Below, piece by piece: positions 58,206-64,000 of a stretch of DNA of 64,000 nucleotides (the first letter of the stretch is position 1; the number at the start of each line of letters is the position of its first letter). Source of the DNA: Picochlorum sp. SENEW3. Taxonomy: Eukaryota. The stretch is taken from NCBI GenBank assembly GCA_034226945.1, contig CP120454.1:682001-746000 (forward strand). Reading direction: 5' to 3'. A model generated the notes under the pieces. That model saw nothing but the letters and a program-made list of their open reading frames with translations, searched no databases and had not been told where the DNA came from. The translations under genes and the position numbers were made by a program.

Positions 58206-60821
58206 TCAACCAGGTAGTCTGGCAATTCCTTTGCGGAGTTTGTTTCTGAAGGGTTCACTAATTTCAGCTAATTTCTTCGCATTTGGGAACCTCTTTGTCT
58301 TCTTCCGAGCAAAGACATTCTTTGATTTTGACTTCTTGGGGCTCTCAGCAATTTCAATAGCATCGTCATCTGGAGTTGATACTGACACTAAGGACACATC
58401 TGGCGTGTTTCTCAGTTGCCTCTTTCTCCTCAAATCCTTTAAAATGTTGCTAGAGTGAAAGATTGGTGGTGTGGTTTCCTTCATTTCCACATTGATCTTG
58501 TCCTCTGTGAGGTCAGGGTGAATGATATCGAGCTCCTGGTCATCATCAGACATGATGACGTTTTTTTTCTTTGTTCGAACCGTGAGAACGTTTTGGTCAT
58601 CGGACATCGAAGGTGATTCTTCGATTGCATCTTCACTGCTCGAGGATTTGGCTGGACTGGCCTTTTCTGAGGTCTTCTCGAGACAGATTTCAACATCATC
58701 ACTCTCTTCCTCTGATGCTTCAGGGAGATCCTCCCATGATGGAGGAGTGTACTTGCCTTCATTTTTGAGATTATCCAGCTTGTTCATTAAAAATGTTGCT
58801 TTGTGAGTATCATCCGTGGACAGGTTTTCAAAGTTCCACCTCCCATAATCATCCATAACACCTGCATTTACTGCCATTGCCTTGAGAACCATTCTTGCGA
58901 GATGATGCCTTAGATGACTCGCATTTTCACTTTGAAACCATTTTTTTGATAAAAATGTTGGCATCTTTGCATAAATTGGTTTCCTGGATCCTTTAAATAA
59001 ATCTCTTCCTCTTCCTGTCGGCACCATTTGTGCATTGATCCTTGCTGGCAAATGTGCCAAGAAGTGGTCAGCAAAAGCACAAACAAAACAGCCACAGTCG
59101 TAATAATTATCCTGCATAGGAAGCGCTGGTCGTCGGACTTTCATGGACAAAAAGTTCCTAGGTGCATCAGGGTTTTTCTCTGTCCAAGCCTTTGGTACAT
59201 TATCTCCTTCCTGCTTGAGTTTTGCTGTCCATTCGTTCTGAAGGTATCGCTTAATGAGCTTTGCTATTTTATCACTTCCATGTCCACCTGGAGGCCTTAG
59301 AGAATCTAAATGAATCATGAATGCTTCCTCGTGCTTTTTAACCACTTCAACATTGCATGTGGGCATTTTTATTTGTGCCCCGGGATGACACACAATAATC
59401 AATGACCAATGCAATTGGTCATGAATGGGAATGAAGAGGAAATCTTTGGAAAACATGTCAAACTTTTTGGTCCAGCTCTTTGTCACATCATAGCAACGAA
59501 GAGCTTGAAGGGAAAGCTTATCCAAACCCTCTACTGAACCAACAAGGGCTTGCGTCTCATCAGAAATTGCTGTTTCAGATGATGTATCCGACAGCTTCTT
59601 GTAAAAGAACGAATTGAAAAAGTAGCAGCGCTTTGCATCTTCTGGATTTTTGTCCTGGAGTTTCTGCTCCAAATACTTCATATAGTAATCGATGCAGGAA
59701 TCGTTTAAAAATTCCTCTGCACCCAAACGGAAGTAATCTCGAAGCACAAACGAAACTGACCCATGGCCACCAGCTGGTGGCATCGAGCATTTCAGCTCGT
59801 CCAAAATGGGATCTGTTTCTACCTTGCTAGACTGCCGTGTTTTCCGTTGATTCTGACTCACAACTGCCCTTGTGAAAGCAGCACCTTTCTTTTGTTTATC
59901 ATCTGCTTCCTCGTCCTCACTGCTGAGAAGAATGGGATCCGCCTCTGTTCCAATTCCTTTGGCTGATACTTCAGCCTTACTATTACATTTGGATATCTCT
60001 GGCTTTTTAGTCGAAGCAGCAAAATTCATGACTGCCAGATCACCCCTGCTCATCTTCAGTACAATCTGGTCCTTCTTATCAATATGCTGATTATCCAAGG
60101 TTTTCTCACCAGTTGCATGCGAGTTGGCAAACTTCATGCATTTTCTACATATCTTCATCCTCTTTCCACCTATATCTAAAATGAAATTCGTCCTTCTAAC
60201 CTTTCCATCCTCCTTGTACGTCGTTGTCTCTCCACAACGAGAGCAGAGGTCTTTCTTTGCCTTCTGTTTTCTAGGAGCCTTCGCGACAGTTTGAACATGC
60301 GGCAAAGACTGCTGCTGACCCATAAATTTATCCACCGTCACTTTCGGCAACCGTCTGCGTGTGTCGTCATCTTGAACGGCAGCAGCTCTACTATTCTCTT
60401 TTGCTATCTTCAACCATGATGACGAGATTGCCTTGAGGCTCTCTGTCTGCTCATCCACAGTCTCTTTCTTTTTCACCGCTTCTATTTCCTCTCTTTCCTT
60501 CTGTTCTCGCTGTTTTCGGCGCGATTGCCTGACAAAAAACAAAATTTGTGCATACTGTGATGCCAGTTTTTCAAGCATTCTCCATTGATCCTTCTTATGG
60601 GGAAACACAAGCAAATCTTCTCCTGTTCCTTTCCTCTTTACCAGAAAATTGTCTAAATGGGATAAACCCAACTCTGGTTGCCACCTTTTCACCTCTGTTT
60701 CGAGTTCCTCAGGGGACATGGCCTCTGCCTTCCTCAACTCCATGGAATACAGACTCGTGTTCCAAAGATTGATTCGCCGAGGAGGCTCCGTTGGGTCATC
60801 TAAAAACGATAAGTCTTCCAT
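58206..60821 (-). CDS. SUMO protease, peptidase C48 (ULP2/SENP6-7-like); true N-terminus uncertain
   Basis: FLNDSCIDYY, FFNSFFYKKL, IPIHDQLHWSLIIVCHPG (His), LDSL (Asp), QDNYYDCGCFV (Gln, Cys). Confidence 0.9.
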   Translation of the reverse strand: MEDLSFLDDPTEPPRRINLWNTSLYSMELRKAEAMSPEELETEVKRWQPELGLSHLDNFLVKRKGTGEDLLVFPHKKDQWRMLEKLASQYAQILFFVRQSRRKQREQKEREEIEAVKKKETVDEQTESLKAISSSWLKIAKENSRAAAVQDDDTRRRLPKVTVDKFMGQQQSLPHVQTVAKAPRKQKAKKDLCSRCGETTTYKEDGKVRRTNFILDIGGKRMKICRKCMKFANSHATGEKTLDNQHIDKKDQIVLKMSRGDLAVMNFAASTKKPEISKCNSKAEVSAKGIGTEADPILLSSEDEEADDKQKKGAAFTRAVVSQNQRKTRQSSKVETDPILDELKCSMPPAGGHGSVSFVLRDYFRLGAEEFLNDSCIDYYMKYLEQKLQDKNPEDAKRCYFFNSFFYKKLSDTSSETAISDETQALVGSVEGLDKLSLQALRCYDVTKSWTKKFDMFSKDFLFIPIHDQLHWSLIIVCHPGAQIKMPTCNVEVVKKHEEAFMIHLDSLRPPGGHGSDKIAKLIKRYLQNEWTAKLKQEGDNVPKAWTEKNPDAPRNFLSMKVRRPALPMQDNYYDCGCFVCAFADHFLAHLPARINAQMVPTGRGRDLFKGSRKPIYAKMPTFLSKKWFQSENASHLRHHLARMVLKAMAVNAGVMDDYGRWNFENLSTDDTHKATFLMNKLDNLKNEGKYTPPSWEDLPEASEEESDDVEICLEKTSEKASPAKSSSSEDAIEESPSMSDDQNVLTVRTKKKNVIMSDDDQELDIIHPDLTEDKINVEMKETTPPIFHSSNILKDLRRKRQLRNTPDVSLVSVSTPDDDAIEIAESPKKSKSKNVFARKKTKRFPNAKKLAEISEPFRNKLRKGIARLPG

Positions 60822-61365
60822 GTTCAAATGTAGGGATGGCGCTCCTCTGCAAAAACAAGTACCAGTCCAGGGACCACACCTTCTTGCTGTTCAAACTAGG
60901 CGCCGTTGAGCAACAAGAGCATGGGCCGCGTTCAGCAGGTCTTCTGATTCCTTGCAATACTTTTATATACTCTAGGGGCTCAGCATACTGCTCAAAGCCT
61001 CCATGGACCGCTGTTGTTCCCAGTCGTTGTTGTTATTGTTGGGTCTGTTCAAAACTCATAGGCAGCATATCCGCCCCTGTTCCCACACATATCCGTTATG
61101 TTTCAGACTTTTCCACCAAATAATAAAACGCCAGCGTTTTCTGAGTTGCTGAGTTGATGGTCCTTTGGTGGCGATGAAGAGACACACTCCGTTCGGAACT
61201 CTCCGTAATATGATATGAATGTGCTTTCAAGGACCTAGAAGAATCAATTCACGCATGGATCATGCCCATGAGTGTTACAGAACTGATATATTAACTCAAA
61301 AAGGACGATTCATCCATTGCTTGTTGGATAGAAAGGTGGTAAACCTGTTGCAACAACTAAACCAC

Positions 61366-62226
61366 ATGTCAGCAAGTGCTAGAGTCGTTTTCATCACAGG
61401 TGCTGCCCGGGGCATTGGGTATGCTACCGCAAGGTACTTTGTGGAAAGAGGAGACTGGGTCATGATGGCTGATATCGAAGCAGAGGGCTTGGAGCAAGCA
61501 TGTTTGAAACTTGAGGAGGAGATTGAAGAGCAAGGAACTCTCAAGGGGCGCGTTGCTCATGTCTTCTGTGATGTCACTCGTCAGGAAAGTGTTGAACACG
61601 CTATTGAAGAAACTATTCAGACCTTTGGGCGAGGGTTGAATGTATGCGTGGCAAATGCTGCAGTGGTGAAATCTGCACCATTTTTAGAACTGACAGAGGA
61701 AGACTTTACCGCAGTCATCGATGTGAATTTGAAAGGGGTCTTTCTAACATGCCAAGCTGCTGCCCGAGCAATGGTGAGAGACTCAGGGGATGCTGTGAGA
61801 TCCATTGTCACAATGAGCTCTGCAAACGCTGTAACAGCAATACCTGCCATTACTGGGTACAATGCTGCAAAAGGCGGTGTCAATAATCTGACAAGGAATA
61901 TGGCCTTGTCCTTGGCACCACATGGCATCAGAGTCAACGCTGTTGCACCGGGCTCAATCATGACGGAGATGCTGTCAAAAGTGGCCAGTGATGAATCCGT
62001 TATGAAAGGAATTCTCATGCGCACCCCATTGTCAAGAGTTGGTGACCCCTCAGAAGTTGCATCAGTGATTGATTTCCTTGGAAGTAAGGCATCAAGCTAC
62101 ATGACGGGCCAAATACTGTATTGTGATGGAGGGAGAAACGCTCTCAACTATGTTGTAGATGTCTCGCAGGAAAGCCTCGAAGCGGCAACCAAAGCAGCCG
62201 ATGCATTTCGAATAGGTACTACATGA
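61366..62226 (+). CDS. Classical short-chain dehydrogenase/reductase, intronless
   Basis: TGAARGIG, ANAA, SS, YNAAKGG (YxxxK), IRVNAVAPG, TGQILYCDGG. Confidence 0.92.
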   Translation: MSASARVVFITGAARGIGYATARYFVERGDWVMMADIEAEGLEQACLKLEEEIEEQGTLKGRVAHVFCDVTRQESVEHAIEETIQTFGRGLNVCVANAAVVKSAPFLELTEEDFTAVIDVNLKGVFLTCQAAARAMVRDSGDAVRSIVTMSSANAVTAIPAITGYNAAKGGVNNLTRNMALSLAPHGIRVNAVAPGSIMTEMLSKVASDESVMKGILMRTPLSRVGDPSEVASVIDFLGSKASSYMTGQILYCDGGRNALNYVVDVSQESLEAATKAADAFRIGTT

Positions 62227-62432
62227 AGTGAGAAGGTGTAATGGAATACTGTACTTACACAAAATGCCATTATGTAACGTATGCATGTGATTGTCCAAAT
62301 GAAAGAAAACATTCTGTGCATGCATTGATATTCTACCCGTTAAGCGCAAACCATATCATAAAATTAGCAAATAAGACTATTGTCACCAACACATCTGCAT
62401 CGTAAGTCGATGCAAAACCAAAGCAGAGCCGG

Positions 62433-62654
62433 TCAGTGCTCTGCACCAGACACACCACGAGCAGCAAAGCTACCCTTTGTTTCCACCGGTGAGTGTGCTG
62501 CCACCACAGCCACGTTCTCTTGTTTGCCTTCCTCCTGCTGATCTTGGGCAACGTTGAGGGCCATCATCCCTACGCCAGAGCCAATGGCAACTCCGGCACC
62601 GACAATGCCACAGAGGCCAAGCAAAGAGAGGGACACGTTCACGTACTGGTTCAT
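62433..62654 (-). CDS. Small hypothetical membrane protein (73 aa)
   Basis: MNQYVNVSLSLLGLCGIVGAGVAIGSGVGMMAL: Gly-rich hydrophobic helix, then a polar tail. Confidence 0.5.
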   Translation of the reverse strand: MNQYVNVSLSLLGLCGIVGAGVAIGSGVGMMALNVAQDQQEEGKQENVAVVAAHSPVETKGSFAARGVSGAEH

Positions 62655-62876
62655 GCTTATATGAATCAAATAGAAATAATAGCAATGGCTTGTTGCGTAG
62701 TAGTTTAATTAAAACAGTATGCGTTGGTGTTGGAGAACCTGCTGCGTCTATACCCACGCGAGGCTGATGACGAGGGTTGATACTGTTTTAATGTTTTATT
62801 TACAGACTCAAGGGTGGTAGTATGATTCCTATGACGAGCAGCACAGTATATATGATTCGGTACTACTAGGTCATCA

Positions 62877-63689
62877 TCATGCTATGCTGACAAGAATACT
62901 GCCCAATGTTGCGACAATCATTCCTGATACCATGGTGGCAGAGGAGGTTTGTGGCACAGTTCCATCTTCCTCTCCTTTGGTGATTCCTCCATTATCACCG
63001 GACGTTGGAGCAGGCGAGACATCTGGCGTCGTATCTGTGCTTGGCACGACTGGTGTGGTGTCTGTGGTTGGAGGGGTCAGGCCACATGTGTCAGCTGGGA
63101 GGATGGTAGACAGTGGGTCAATCAGTGCTGGACATTCTTTCTGCAACGTCTCGTAGAAGCTGGTGCACTCGGTAGTACAAATATCATCATCATTGATAGA
63201 CGAGACACATGCGTCGATCTGTGGTGTCAGCTGTGTCCAGTTGCAGCTCAATGCACCATTCACCACCTGACCAATGTCCAGGTCATCCAGCCCATCAATG
63301 CCAAGATCTCCGAGGTCAACCTCGTCCAAAATTTGACTAATATTAAGGTTCAATCCCTGAAGAAGATCTCCTAATCCTCCATCCAAGATATTTGTGAAGT
63401 TGAGCCCGAGACCGCCCAGGATATCCTGCAAGCCATCACCAAGGGTTTCAAGGGTCTCTGTGATGTTGACATTGCCCAAATCACCACTTGTCAGTCCCTC
63501 AATGATACCATCAATATCGGTAGCATTAATAAGTGCAGTAAGTTCCTCTAGCAAGGGCCCAACGAACTGTTCCAACGAGCCGAGGGGATCACTTGTAGTA
63601 TCCTGCGCCATGACGACTGGACTGTTTGACGACCCAAAGGCCACAAGAGCCAACACCAGCAGCAGCGACGAAGAAACGCGACCCTTCAT
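62877..63689 (-). CDS. Secreted, probably GPI-anchored cell-surface protein
   Basis: Signal peptide MKGRVSSSLLLVLALVAFG; acidic Gly/Leu repeats; six-Cys module; Pro/Thr linker; TSSA followed by a hydrophobic C-terminus. Confidence 0.72.
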   Translation of the reverse strand: MKGRVSSSLLLVLALVAFGSSNSPVVMAQDTTSDPLGSLEQFVGPLLEELTALINATDIDGIIEGLTSGDLGNVNITETLETLGDGLQDILGGLGLNFTNILDGGLGDLLQGLNLNISQILDEVDLGDLGIDGLDDLDIGQVVNGALSCNWTQLTPQIDACVSSINDDDICTTECTSFYETLQKECPALIDPLSTILPADTCGLTPPTTDTTPVVPSTDTTPDVSPAPTSGDNGGITKGEEDGTVPQTSSATMVSGMIVATLGSILVSIA

Positions 63690-64000
63690 TGTTTCTAATA
63701 GACCTGAACAATACAATAACTGGATACGTCAATATACAATATGGGAAGACGTCACCGAGTCGCCATACTGTGTGCGACTCTTCACAACAAACAGGACAAC
63801 AGGAAAAGACGAAACGCGTCAACAGCCCATCAGGACACACACCAGAGTAAAGGTACCCTCTTTACGTACAGTTTGAACTATAATATCTATTAAAATGTAA
63901 AGTTGTCTTGAATAGCAAGGATCCTGGGGTGCGTTCAAAGGTTGAGTCTGAGACACGTGTTCATTTCGCAGTACCATATCGGCGGAGATATTCTGGTACT

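Noticed and set aside
1..64000. Prokaryotic systems (CRISPR, operons, IS elements, defence islands), transposons, viral inserts, selenoprotein or readthrough recoding
   Set aside because: The sequence is intron-containing eukaryotic DNA. I saw no repeat-spacer arrays or transposase, RT or capsid motifs, and the ORF breaks I could resolve are explained by canonical GT-AG introns.

Overview
This is eukaryotic nuclear DNA from a very compact genome. About 38 protein-coding genes are packed into 64 kb, with mostly 55-100 nt GT-AG introns (donors GTACGT/GTATGT, acceptors usually TGCAG) and intergenic gaps often under 150 nt. The gene content (SnRK2 kinases, AP2, RWP-RK, fibrillin, VTE4, UDP-arabinopyranose mutase, plant-type complex I subunit P1) indicates a green alga. 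The compactness is consistent with a Picochlorum-like trebouxiophyte, but that is inference only. I stitched exons by hand from splice signals and reading frame, which recovered several genes that the ORF track fragments or misses. I recognised no rRNA, tRNA, CRISPR array or transposon. The most notable items are: a tandem ubiquitin-like protein with an internal RVRGG site; a divergent RWP-RK gene head-to-head with a four-repeat AP2 gene; two dense clusters of nested palindromes; a membrane-anchored GH5-EGF-PAN mannanase; two SnRK2 paralogs around VTE4; an oversized NDPK intron with internal splice sites; and near-zero or overlapping gene spacing. All product calls rest on motif recognition from memory, without database searches.
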